NCBI GenBank assembly: GCA_040767225.1
Contig: JAXGOY010000003.1
Span: forward strand, 2,031-66,030
Source of the DNA: Candidatus Dojkabacteria bacterium
Lineage (GTDB): Bacteria > Patescibacteriota > Dojkabacteria > SC72
Reading direction: 5' to 3'
DNA: 64,000 bases
Both the position numbers and the translations under genes were made by a program. Below the pieces are notes generated by a model, which was not told the origin of the DNA, did not search any database, and saw only the letters and a list, made by a program, of their open reading frames with translations. Below, piece after piece: positions 51,387 to 61,670 of this stretch (position 1 is the stretch's first letter; the number at the start of each line of letters is the position of its first letter).

Positions 51387-53160
51387 ATGACAAAATTACA
51401 GAAATCTCAAAATAATATGCGGAAGTCTATGAAGGAGGCTTTTGAATCTATAATGCCTTCCAAAAGTGTAATTAAAGTCAATACAACGAAAGAGAAAGTA
51501 ACATTTAGAGAGTGGTTATGGAATTATCCTGAGAATGTTAGCAAGTTTTTTAAGCAAACTGCTCCTCTTAGTTTTATTATACTTTTCTCTATCATTGGTT
51601 TATGGATTTTTTCTTTTCTTACAAGTTCAACCTTTGCAAATATTATAACGGAGGATAAAGGTGGAGTATTTGTTGAGGGGACTGTTGGTGCAATTTCATC
51701 TTTTAATCCAATTTTTACATCACAAAGTGGTGTTGATGCAGACATAAGGGAGTTGGTATTTGAGAAGTTTATATATATTTCTAAAGAGGGTAAACCTGTT
51801 GGGGGAATTGCACAGCAGTGGGATATTTCACAGGAAGGTAAGGCATATGATTTTACAATATCTAACACACATGTATGGCAAGATGGAGTCCCACTTACTA
51901 TTGATGATGTACTGTACACATTTGAGATATCAAAGGAGCTAGCATCTAAATATGATTATGATACTATTGGTTCTCCTCTTGTTGATGTTAAGATTGAAAA
52001 AATAGGAGAATAAAATTCGTTTTACACTCCCAGAGATTAATGCAACATTTTTTGAGGCAATTTCTGTATATATTATTCCTAAGCATAAATTTGATGGTGT
52101 AAGCACAAGAGATATACCTTTTAATGCATTTGCAAAGTACCCTGTTGGTTCAGGACCGTATGAGGTATATAGATCTGAGCCTAATGTTGTTTATCTTAAA
52201 GCTTCTGATTATTATAAAAAAGAACTTGATGTTGAAACTATAATTTATCGTCTTTATTCTACTTATGAAGCACTTGAGGCAGCATTTAGAAATGGTTTAC
52301 TTGATGCTATTGGGTCTACTGATGAGTACAGTATTTCATATGTAAAGGAGTATCCTGCTTTTAAAGAGTACTCTGTTGTACTTACTCCAAGGTTAAGAAT
52401 GATATTTTTTAATACAAGGATAGATAAGCTAAAAGACAAGAATGTAAGAATTGCATTAAATTATCTTACTAACAAAGAGCTTTTACTTCAAAAAGCAAAT
52501 ATCTCTGGTGAAACTGTTTATGGACCTATTGCAAAGAATTCTTGGGCATATAGTGAAAACAGTGTAATTAAGTATGAGTATAATCCACAGAAGGCAGCTG
52601 AAATTTTAACTACTCTTGGATATACGAAATCACAAGAAAGTGAATATTTTGAAACTGGAGATAAAAAGGTTCTTAGTTTTACTTTAAGCTATTATGATAA
52701 TGATTTAAATGAGAGAATTGCTAATGCACTAAAGCAGCTTTGGGAACAAGAAGGTATTGTTTTAAATCTAGAGCCCCTTTCATATACACAGCTTACTCAG
52801 GAAATTGTTGCTACAAGAGATTTTGAACTACTTATGTATGAAGTAGAAACAACGATTGATCCTGATCAGTATAACTTATGGCACTCTCTTAAAACTAATT
52901 ATCCTGACTTAAATTTGTCTGGTTACAGTTATGAGAGAGTTGATATATACCTTGAGCAGGCAAGACAAACTTTTGATACAACAAAAAGAATTTCTAATTA
53001 TGCTTCTTTCCAAAAGTATTTAACTCAAGATGCTCCTGTGATATTTTTGTATCATCCTAAGTACATATATGTTGTAAGAGACAGTATTAATATTGGGGAT
53101 ATAAGTGGAATAATGTATCCATATCAAAGATACAGTAATATTACAAATTGGAAAATGTAA
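51387..53160 (+). pseudogene. ABC peptide-binding protein (OppA/family 5), one frameshift near 52010 (likely sequence error)
   Basis: WQDGVPLTIDDVLYTF, then shifted frame KIRFTLPE, PVGSGPY, VRIALNY, DPDQY..WHS, DAPVIFLY. Confidence 0.85.
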
Positions 53161-53245
53161 TGCCAGAAGGGGGAGTTGAACCCCCACCCTTTTAACAAGG
53201 ACTACGTTCTGAACGTAGCGTGTCTGCCAATTCCACCATTCCGGC
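53161..53245 (-). tRNA. tRNA-Leu(CAG)
   Basis: GCCGGAATGGTGGAATTGGCAGACACG-CTACG TT CAG AA CGTAG, variable arm, GGGGGTTCAACTCCCCC. Confidence 0.95.
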
Positions 53246-53280
53246 AGGTAGAAAATTTTAACATATTCTAAGGAAATTTG

Positions 53281-54437
53281 TTACTCTGGCTTAGAGGTTA
53301 GGGATATTTTTATCTTTTTCTTTTTTACTTCTTTCCCCTTTTCGTCATCAGGGTCTACCATTTTATATTTTCTTAAAAACACATCTTTATTTACTATTGT
53401 TTCTTTCTTTTCAATTTCTCTTTCCTCTCTTCCTTATCAGTTTCTTCTTTTACTTCCTCTGTACTCTCTTTACTACTTTCATCTTTCTTTTCTTCTGTGT
53501 CTTTTTTGTTGATGTCTCCGAATATTTCTTTCAATGTTTTGGGTTCATTTTCTTTTTTCTCTTTATTATTTATTAACTTCTCAACCTCTTTTATACTTTT
53601 CTCTTCCTTTGATTTAAACAGTAAACTTTTTAATATTAATGCAATTATTATTCCTAGTACAAATGCAGCTAAAAGTGTTATAGCAAGGTCTCTATTTTGT
53701 TTAAGTATGTCAACAAAATTATCCTTAGTTATACTATCAAATGAAAAGAATATCTCTTTAGAGTCATTATTTTCTACTGGTAAAGGCTGTGTAAGTTCAC
53801 CTACACTAAAAGTTAGTGGTGTTGCAAGTATACTTGCATATCCATACTTTCTTGTAAAAGCAGTAAATGTATATATTCCATCAATTAAGCCTCCCTCTGG
53901 TTTTACTATTACAGACCATGAGCCATTCTCATTAGTATTGACTATACCAGTATTATTAAAAGCATTTGCACTTAAAAAGTAAATAACATCAGAGTTAGCT
54001 AATGCACTCCCTGTTATAGTGATAGAGTCATCATTAATTTGTGGAGTACTTGGGAGAGGAGCTCTTGGGATTACAATAAATTCATACTCCAATACCCTTA
54101 CTGCATCAGTTTCATCATTATATCTAAACTTAATAATATGTTTGCCAATGCTTAAAGCAGGGAATGTATAGGGGCTGGTTATCTTAGTAAAGCCTTTTCC
54201 ATCAATATCTATTTCTACACCTGTTTTATTTGGAGAGATATCCTTAAATGTAATTATGTAGCTAGGATTATCTGTATATTGAGGAAGTGTAAATCCTAAA
54301 GAGTTAATCTCTCTTTCTGTAGTATTTAGTTTATCTCCATCAACTGCTTTAACCTGATCAAGTGTAGTATCACTTTGTGCAGATACAAAGAAAGGAAATA
54401 TTAAAATTATGAGGATGGACAGTAATATTTTTCTCAT
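53281..54437 (-). CDS. Secreted Ig-like-domain membrane protein with charged cytoplasmic tail (probable frameshift near 53425)
   Basis: Signal peptide, Big-like motifs (ITGSALANS, NENGSWS), TM; alternative frame continues EIEKKETIVNKDVFLRKY...SKPE to stop at 53281. Confidence 0.65.
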
Positions 54438-54497
54438 ATATGTTTCTTTTGAATTAAACAGTTACAGCAATATTGTATCTTTAATTTAAAAAAGTTT

Positions 54498-54986
54498 CTA
54501 GTCTTCTAGTTTATCTATAAATAGAATACCCTGTGTATGATCATATTCATGCTGTATTTCTCTTGCTTCTTGTCCTGAGAAAATACCCTTTTGAACTTTT
54601 CCATTTCTGTCTAAATATTTTACTTTAATTTTTTTAAACCTTGATACATTTCCTTCCTTGTGTGGAACACTTAAACACCCCTCTATATCAACACTCTTTT
54701 CATTTTTAATAACTTTAAATTCAGGGTTAATCATTATTTCAAATTCACTGTCTTCTTTGAGAATACAAAACACTTTCTTGTCTACTCCAACTTGAATAGC
54801 ACTAAGACCTGCAGCACTATATCCATCATCAGTTAAGACATTTTCTGCTGTATATATGAGGTCATCTAAAAATTCCTGGAATTTATCTGTTTTAATTTCT
54901 TCTTTTGTAACAATATGAGAAACTTTTCTTAAGAAAGCTTCTTGTTTTGGGTCTTCAATTGTATATATTTTAAGTGTTTTTGACAT
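54498..54986 (-). CDS. def: Peptide deformylase
   Basis: GLSAIQ, EGCLS, QHEYDH. Confidence 0.95.
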   Translation of the reverse strand: MSKTLKIYTIEDPKQEAFLRKVSHIVTKEEIKTDKFQEFLDDLIYTAENVLTDDGYSAAGLSAIQVGVDKKVFCILKEDSEFEIMINPEFKVIKNEKSVDIEGCLSVPHKEGNVSRFKKIKVKYLDRNGKVQKGIFSGQEAREIQHEYDHTQGILFIDKLED

Positions 54987-55075
54987 TACCAATTATATCA
55001 TACATAAAAGCAGAAACTTGTTGATTAATATTTTCATTTCAGTTATATTTATATGTAACATATAATCTGGCTTAA

Positions 55076-56419
55076 ATGAGAAAATACAACTACATTATTG
55101 TTGGTGCTGGTCCTGCAGGATTGTTCGCTTGTTATGAACTTCTTAAGAAAAAAGGGTATGGTAGTATCCTCCTTGTTGATATGGGTAAGCGAATTGAGAA
55201 GCGGAAACCTAGTGAGGTAATGACAGGGATTGGAGGTGCAGGAACATTTTCAGATGGAAAGCTTACTCTTTCTCCAAGTCTTTCTCATGAGAAAGCTCTT
55301 CATTTAGTTTCAAAACAGGAGTATCAGGATATATTAAATTATGTAGATAGTATATTTACTAAGTTTGGTGTTGACTCTCCATACTATCCTAAAGAAACAG
55401 ATGAGCTTAGAAAGCTTATTGAAGAAGCAGAGGTAAATGATGTTAATCTTGTTGTACGAAGAGCAAGACATGTAGGGTCTGATAAGTTAAAAAACTTTGT
55501 TAAGAACTTTCAGGAATATATTCTTTCTAAAGGAGTTGAGATAATGGATAGTACAGTAGTAGATGATATTCTTGTTTCTGAAGGTAAAGTTCAAGGAGTT
55601 GTTACTAAAGAAGGAAAGAAATTTTTTGCTGATAAAGTACTACTTGCTCCTGGCAGAGTTAATGCTAGATGGCTTCAGATATTAGCTGATAAATATGGAA
55701 TTAAATATGTTAATGATAAGGTAGAGGTTGGTGTAAGAGTAGAATTTCCTTCCCTTATCATGCGAAGACAGGCAGAAGTCTTGTATGAAGTGGTTTATAA
55801 AATTAGAACTAAGACATATCAAGACATCGTAAGAACATTTTGCAGCTGTCCTAACGGTAAAGTTTCTGTAGAAGATTATGGTAGCTATGTCTGTGTTAAT
55901 GGATATTCTAATTCTGATAATAGTGATAAAAATTCGAACTTTGCTTTTCTTTGTGAAGTAAGTTTAAAAGAGCCTCTTGAGAATTCAATAGCATATGCAA
56001 AATCTATAGCAGAGCTTACTTCTTTGCTTGGAGGAGGAAAGCCGTTGCTTCAAACTTTGTATGACTTTAGAGATGGAAGAAGAAGTACATGGTCTAGGCT
56101 TGAGAAATCTTTTGTTGAGCCATCCCTAAAAGATGTTGTTCCTGGTGATATTGCAATGGGGTTTCCTCATAGAATTGTTCAAAATATTATTGAAGGGCTT
56201 GAAATACTTGATAGGGTAATGCCTGGAATTAATTCTGGTTCTACTCTTCTTTATGCTCCTGAGGTTAAGTTCAGATCTTCTAGCATACAAACAGATAAAA
56301 TACTGCAGACAGCTGTTAGTGGATTATTTGTTGCAGGAGATGCCTCTGGTGCATCAGGTTCAATTACTGGAGCTGCTGCAACAGGTATTATTGCTGCTAG
56401 AGGAATGAGTATTAGTTAA
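55076..56419 (+). CDS. FAD-dependent oxidoreductase (COG2509-like)
   Basis: IVGAGPAG, GIGGAGTFSDGKL, GVRVE, VRTFC, YAPEVKF, AGD. Confidence 0.88.
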   Translation: MRKYNYIIVGAGPAGLFACYELLKKKGYGSILLVDMGKRIEKRKPSEVMTGIGGAGTFSDGKLTLSPSLSHEKALHLVSKQEYQDILNYVDSIFTKFGVDSPYYPKETDELRKLIEEAEVNDVNLVVRRARHVGSDKLKNFVKNFQEYILSKGVEIMDSTVVDDILVSEGKVQGVVTKEGKKFFADKVLLAPGRVNARWLQILADKYGIKYVNDKVEVGVRVEFPSLIMRRQAEVLYEVVYKIRTKTYQDIVRTFCSCPNGKVSVEDYGSYVCVNGYSNSDNSDKNSNFAFLCEVSLKEPLENSIAYAKSIAELTSLLGGGKPLLQTLYDFRDGRRSTWSRLEKSFVEPSLKDVVPGDIAMGFPHRIVQNIIEGLEILDRVMPGINSGSTLLYAPEVKFRSSSIQTDKILQTAVSGLFVAGDASGASGSITGAAATGIIAARGMSIS

Positions 56420-57179
56420 ATACAGTTGACAAGTTTTTAGTAACAAATATTTTTGCATGAGCCCTCTGCTCTACTTCTACATACTTATTTGTATGTGTTA
56501 GATATACAGCATATTTATAACCTGCATCAATAGCGGCATAAATATCGGATGTAAGACTATCTCCTACTACAAGGGTTCTTTTAGGATTAATTTTGTGATA
56601 CTTTCCTGCTTTTATCCATCCTTCTTTATCTTTTAAATCTGTAATATCAGTTGTAAAGAATGGTATTTCTATATCTTTCCCATATTTTTTAAAATACTCA
56701 TTTCTAATTCTATCTACTTTTATTTTTGTCCACTCATTTTGTGCATGAGAGTATACACCTATTGGTATGTTAAAGCTTTTAATTTTTTGTATAGCTCCTA
56801 TTGTATATGGGAATGGCTGCGGAGAGGTTAAATAGAACTCTTTGTATGAAGATTTTAATTCCTTATACACCTTCTTTTTATTAATTTTTACTTTCTTTTC
56901 TTTAAGATATTGAGATAATGCTAATTCAGATAGTGTATCAACAAGTATAGGATATTTTTGTTGTTCATATATTTTATTAGCTATATCAACAATTTCTTTA
57001 GTAATTTTTAACTGTTTCTTTAAGGGTTTAGCAGGAAATATTTTACTTACCGTATGAAGTATAGAATTAGTCATTTCTTCTTGAAAATATGCATGAGTAT
57101 CGACTAGTGTTCTATCCATATCAAAAAGAACAAAGGTAATAATACTGCTCTTAAAAAGTTTTTTAATTTCTCTGTTCAT
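56412..57179 (-). CDS. HAD-superfamily hydrolase
   Basis: FDMDRTLVDT and VVGDSLTSDI motifs. Confidence 0.85.
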   Translation of the reverse strand: MNREIKKLFKSSIITFVLFDMDRTLVDTHAYFQEEMTNSILHTVSKIFPAKPLKKQLKITKEIVDIANKIYEQQKYPILVDTLSELALSQYLKEKKVKINKKKVYKELKSSYKEFYLTSPQPFPYTIGAIQKIKSFNIPIGVYSHAQNEWTKIKVDRIRNEYFKKYGKDIEIPFFTTDITDLKDKEGWIKAGKYHKINPKRTLVVGDSLTSDIYAAIDAGYKYAVYLTHTNKYVEVEQRAHAKIFVTKNLSTVFN

Positions 57180-57798
57180 TTTCTACTTTGCTTTTTCTGT
57201 CTTTATGGTTGTATATAAATATGGGCCAGATACTGCTTAAAATGATGAGCACTCCTGCTCCTGCTATTACTTTATCAAAGTAAGCTTCTCCTAAGCTTGC
57301 TATTGTTCCTCCGATAATTCCTAGTGAACCAGTAAGTGCACTCATAACTGTCTCATATCTAGCATATTCTCTTCCTTCTTTTCCCTCCTGAATATTTAAA
57401 GCAAAGAGTTTTCTCCATGTAGTTATATTAAGTGCTGTACCTAAACCGAATACAAACTGGAGAACAAAGTAATGTATAGGGGCGGAGATTTGGGAGTAGA
57501 AAAGAAATGGAAAACCCATGAGAAGAATACCAAGAGTTAAGAGAAGTATTTCATCTTTATCTCCTTTTAGTTTATCAGTGATTCTTCCTATTGGTATTTG
57601 AAATATTGCTCTTGTAAAAAAGTATATGGATGTTCCTATTGCTACATATTGTACTGCATTTTTATTTAATTTCTGTGAGAGGTATAAACCTGTAAAAGCT
57701 GTAATTATGGTATATGTCCCCCATGAGAATACATCAGATAGGGTGAGATATACTATCACCTTATTTATTTTTTCAATTCTTTTAGACAGTTTACTCAT
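57163..57798 (-). CDS. Half-size (about 6 TM) MFS transporter
   Basis: MFS motif A-like GRITDKLKG; 211 aa. Confidence 0.75.
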   Translation of the reverse strand: MSKLSKRIEKINKVIVYLTLSDVFSWGTYTIITAFTGLYLSQKLNKNAVQYVAIGTSIYFFTRAIFQIPIGRITDKLKGDKDEILLLTLGILLMGFPFLFYSQISAPIHYFVLQFVFGLGTALNITTWRKLFALNIQEGKEGREYARYETVMSALTGSLGIIGGTIASLGEAYFDKVIAGAGVLIILSSIWPIFIYNHKDRKSKVENEQRN

Positions 57799-57800
57799 AT

Positions 57801-58232
57801 TTAATTCTGTTTGTTAGGCATACACCACTCTTTAAATTCTTCTTCCTCTGGTTTATGAACTTCTATTTCTAAGCATATGTCATTGTAGTACAAATGATCT
57901 TTTAAAGGCTTTATATCTTTCTCATTTACCTGATTAAAATGTATTTCAGTATCTAACCTTTCTTGACTTAAAGGCCCATATATTATTATAGATTTAGGAA
58001 GTAGTGCTCCATCTTTTGAACTGTATTCGACCTGACCATCTGGATAGTATACTTTTAAATAATCCTCTCCTTCCTCTATTCCATAGGGCTCTTTTTTTAG
58101 TTCTTGTATTTCTTTTATTCCTAAGAAATCATTTTCTGGATTGATTGGAAAAGGAAGATGTTTTAGCATTCCATTATGAACTATTGTTGGTCTTTCTGTT
58201 TGAAGAACCTCAAGATACTCTTTTACTGTCAT
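57801..58232 (-). CDS. Hypothetical protein
   Basis: 143-aa ORF coupled by ATGA overlap to the upstream protease gene. Confidence 0.6.
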   Translation of the reverse strand: MTVKEYLEVLQTERPTIVHNGMLKHLPFPINPENDFLGIKEIQELKKEPYGIEEGEDYLKVYYPDGQVEYSSKDGALLPKSIIIYGPLSQERLDTEIHFNQVNEKDIKPLKDHLYYNDICLEIEVHKPEEEEFKEWCMPNKQN

Positions 58233-60175
58233 ATGTTTTGAGTGTTTAATTTAGATTGAGGCAGTTGTTTCTGTTTATCAGAAATCTTTTTTAAGTTTAT
58301 GAACAATAATACTACAGCAACTATTAATAATACAACCAAAATTACTAAGGTTAATATTTTTGTAGTTTGACTGTTAAAGTCTATTATAGAAGTTTTGTCT
58401 TCTCCTGCTGCAATTTTACTACTGCACAAATCTATTAAAGGTTGAATGGTTGTTGTAAGTGCAGGCTGTGAAATAAGCATAGCTTGTAGGTTGTCATAAG
58501 CTCTTTTGTAGTGTGAAGCAGACATATCTGAAAGAGAGTTTTCTAAACTTTCTCTCATTGAATTGCTCTGTGGTTGAATAGAAGCGGTTTCTAAGAAAGA
58601 TAAAAGTTCTTTTGCAGATATTCCAAAATTATAATTTCCACTATCAGAACTAAGTTTGTATGTAGCTATTCCTACTGCACATCCATCTTCATTAACAATA
58701 GGTCCTCCACTATTCCCATTTTGTACTGCAGCATCTATCTGTATTAATTCAAATGTGTTATTACTATTTGGTTTTATTGCACTTACACTACCCTCTGTGA
58801 CTGTTGAACTTAGTACTTGCGTGCTGCTTACCAGTTCAGAATTATCAACTAATCCAGGATAACCAATCACATATACTTTTTTACCAACAGATATATTTTT
58901 CTCAATAGGTATTGATGGTAAGTTAAGAGTATCTACAGTTTGTATTACAGCAATGTCTGCAGTATCAGCAAGATTAGTATCTTGTGAAATCTGGGATTCA
59001 TAGGTAGAGGATATTTTGTTGCTCTTTATCAAATTAGCCTTAATATGTTTTTCCTTGTTTTTAAGTGCTGCTGTTTTTTCATCTATTTCAAATGTTGTAT
59101 TGTTTTGTATGTATATATCTCTGCTTAAATTAGAGATGGATACATAGCTTTTATTATACATTTCAAGGAGGTAAGAATAGGTAAGGTTTGCCATCTCCTC
59201 TTCTGATATTTCCTGAGTACTATCATTAAGGGCAGACAGCATTAAAATTATTAAATCATTTACCATATCTTCTTCATATGACCCATCTGTAGAGCTTCCT
59301 TCAAGTAGAAGATCAAAATCATTGTAGTCTGCAATATGAGCATTTGTTACAATATGGCCGCTATCATCAATTACAAATCCACTTCCAAGAGTTGTTGCAC
59401 AAAGTGTGTATGTATTTCCTCCTACACTTAATGGCTTTAAAGAATCAGAAAACTTAACATTATTACACTTTTGACTGTATATCCTTACGGTTGATGCTTG
59501 ACCTAGTATTTGTGCTTGATTCACAACTGAAGAGGTTGCAGAAAGTACGCCACTAGTTTTTGATTTCTGAGTGGCTAAAGTTAAAGATTCCATTAGCTCT
59601 GTTAAAATCCTTGTTGTTCTTAAATCATCTTTAAAATTGTATCCCCATATCTGCATATATACGGTTATGTTATCTGGGAAATGTTTATGTATTACAGTTA
59701 AATATTCTATCTTTTGAGCTTCTCCATTTATAATTGAAGGAATATTGTAAGAGAAAAGTGTTCTTCCTACTCCATTATCATTAATTGTTTCTAGATATTT
59801 TAAATCTGGATAAATATCCTTTATATCTTTATCACTAACCTTTCGTATTGTTGCAGCTTTGAATGGGAGGCTATTATTTAAAGTAGAGAGGGTAATATAG
59901 TTAGCGTTTTCAGATACTGTAAAAAGATTGCTATCATATACAAACTCAACATCTAAAACATCTGAAAAATAGTTTGTATAACTGCTTGTGTTTACCTGAT
60001 TATTTATTGCAAAAGTGCTTTCTCCTTTTACCTGTTCCTCAGTTTTAAGATTCTTACCAACTAGAAAAATACTTGTTGATAATACAGTTATTACAAGTAT
60101 TAAAAAGAGAGAAACAGCTCTTAGAGATTGGATCTGTTTTTTAATTTCTCTTTTTTTCTTGTTTCTTCTGCTCAT
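58229..60175 (-). CDS. Trypsin-like (S1C-type) serine protease with N- and C-terminal TM helices
   Basis: GSGF, TNAH, DIAV, GYP, GNSGGP triad motifs; no PDZ domain recognised. Confidence 0.88.
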   Translation of the reverse strand: MSRRNKKKREIKKQIQSLRAVSLFLILVITVLSTSIFLVGKNLKTEEQVKGESTFAINNQVNTSSYTNYFSDVLDVEFVYDSNLFTVSENANYITLSTLNNSLPFKAATIRKVSDKDIKDIYPDLKYLETINDNGVGRTLFSYNIPSIINGEAQKIEYLTVIHKHFPDNITVYMQIWGYNFKDDLRTTRILTELMESLTLATQKSKTSGVLSATSSVVNQAQILGQASTVRIYSQKCNNVKFSDSLKPLSVGGNTYTLCATTLGSGFVIDDSGHIVTNAHIADYNDFDLLLEGSSTDGSYEEDMVNDLIILMLSALNDSTQEISEEEMANLTYSYLLEMYNKSYVSISNLSRDIYIQNNTTFEIDEKTAALKNKEKHIKANLIKSNKISSTYESQISQDTNLADTADIAVIQTVDTLNLPSIPIEKNISVGKKVYVIGYPGLVDNSELVSSTQVLSSTVTEGSVSAIKPNSNNTFELIQIDAAVQNGNSGGPIVNEDGCAVGIATYKLSSDSGNYNFGISAKELLSFLETASIQPQSNSMRESLENSLSDMSASHYKRAYDNLQAMLISQPALTTTIQPLIDLCSSKIAAGEDKTSIIDFNSQTTKILTLVILVVLLIVAVVLLFINLKKISDKQKQLPQSKLNTQNI

Positions 60176-60244
60176 TTAAAAGTTTTAGGAAATTATTTGT
60201 TAATATAATTTAGCACAGCCAATTAGTTTACACAAATATTTAAT

Positions 60245-61297
60245 CTAAGTGATAATTCCTCCTCCCACGACATATTGGTCATTGTAAAATACAACTGCTT
60301 GTCCTTTTGTTATCGCCCTTTGAGCTGTTGTAAAAATTACCTTTACCCTATTGTTCTCTAAAGCAGATATTATGGCATCAGCGGGCTTTGCCCCATACCT
60401 TATCTTTGCTTTTACTTTCATTTCTTTTTCTAATTTATCAATCATTATCCAATTTAAATCTTTTGCAATAAGGTGGGTAGAAACCAATTCTTTATTAGAA
60501 CCAAGTAATATTCTGTTATTTTCTTTATCTATATCTAGCACATACATTGGTTTACCTGTTGAGATACCAAGTTTTCTTCTTTGACCAATTGTATAGTTTG
60601 TAATACCACTATGATATCCTAGTACATTTCCCTTACTGTCGACAAACTCTCCTTTTGGCATGTTTTGAGTTTTATATTTATTGATAAACTTCTTGTAATT
60701 GTTATCCTTTATAAAACAGATTTCTTGACTTTCACTTTTATGTGATACAGGAAGTTTAGCTTTTTGAGCAATATCTCTTACCTGTTTTTTTGTATACTGT
60801 CCAAGTGGAAATATACTGCGAGAGAGTTGTTTTTGAGTAAGGTTGTAAAGAAAGTAGCTTTGATCTTTTTTCTCATCTATTCCTTTTTTTAAGAGGTATT
60901 TACCGTTTTTTCCCTCAACTGAAGCATAGTGTCCTGTTGAAATATATTTAATTCCAAGCTCATCTGCCTTAAGAAGAAGTCCTTCAAATTTCACAAATCT
61001 ATTGCATATTACACATGGATTAGGAGTTCTTCCGTTCTCATATTCAGAGATGAAGTAATCAACAACATATTTTTTAAAATCTTTTTCTACATTAAATACA
61101 AGATGTGGAATATCTAAAATCTTGCATGTATCTTTAGCATCTTTTACATTCTTCTGGAAATCTGAATCATTTTCATTAAACATTGCAAGGGTAATTCCAG
61201 TTACATTAAAGCCTTGTTTTTTAAGAAGGTATGCAGCTGTTGAGCTATCAACACCACCACTCATTCCAAGAAGTACACTCTGTTTACTTTTTCTCAT
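60245..61297 (-). CDS. mnmA: tRNA 2-thiouridine(34) synthase
   Basis: SGGVDS, TPNPCVICN, TGHYA, KDQSYFL, ESQEICF, TIGQR, GQAVVFY. Confidence 0.97.
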   Translation of the reverse strand: MRKSKQSVLLGMSGGVDSSTAAYLLKKQGFNVTGITLAMFNENDSDFQKNVKDAKDTCKILDIPHLVFNVEKDFKKYVVDYFISEYENGRTPNPCVICNRFVKFEGLLLKADELGIKYISTGHYASVEGKNGKYLLKKGIDEKKDQSYFLYNLTQKQLSRSIFPLGQYTKKQVRDIAQKAKLPVSHKSESQEICFIKDNNYKKFINKYKTQNMPKGEFVDSKGNVLGYHSGITNYTIGQRRKLGISTGKPMYVLDIDKENNRILLGSNKELVSTHLIAKDLNWIMIDKLEKEMKVKAKIRYGAKPADAIISALENNRVKVIFTTAQRAITKGQAVVFYNDQYVVGGGIIT

Positions 61298-61664
61298 GTT
61301 TCTTTTTGTAATCATCTATTGCAGCTTTAATACCCTCTTCTGCAAGAAGTGAGCAGTGCATTTTTATAGGGGGAAGGCCATCTAGTGCTTCTGCAACTTG
61401 TTTATTTGTAATCTCAAGTGCTTCTTCAATAGTTTTTCCTTTTACCATTTCTGTCACCATACTGCTTGTTGCAACGGCAGCACCGCATCCATATGTAAGA
61501 AATTTAATATCTGTAATTACATTATCTTTTACTTTAATATACATTCTCATGATGTCACCACATACAGGATTTCCAACTTCTCCTATTCCATCTGCATCTT
61601 TTATTTCTCCTACATTTCTTGGGTTAAGAAAATGATCCATTACTTTTTTACTATACTGTTCCAT
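61284..61664 (-). CDS. iscU: Fe-S cluster scaffold (IscU/NifU N-terminal type)
   Basis: DHFLNPRN, GNPVCGD, GCGAA, LPPIKMHCS. Confidence 0.95.
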   Translation of the reverse strand: MEQYSKKVMDHFLNPRNVGEIKDADGIGEVGNPVCGDIMRMYIKVKDNVITDIKFLTYGCGAAVATSSMVTEMVKGKTIEEALEITNKQVAEALDGLPPIKMHCSLLAEEGIKAAIDDYKKKHEKK

Positions 61665-61670
61665 ATTTTT

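Noticed and set aside
52000-52020. Programmed frameshift in the oppA-like gene
   Set aside because: No clear slippery site plus stimulatory structure; similar single-base losses elsewhere point to sequence error
48956-53245. tRNA genes as integration sites of an island
   Set aside because: No integrase or duplicated tRNA 3' end was seen; flanking genes are housekeeping
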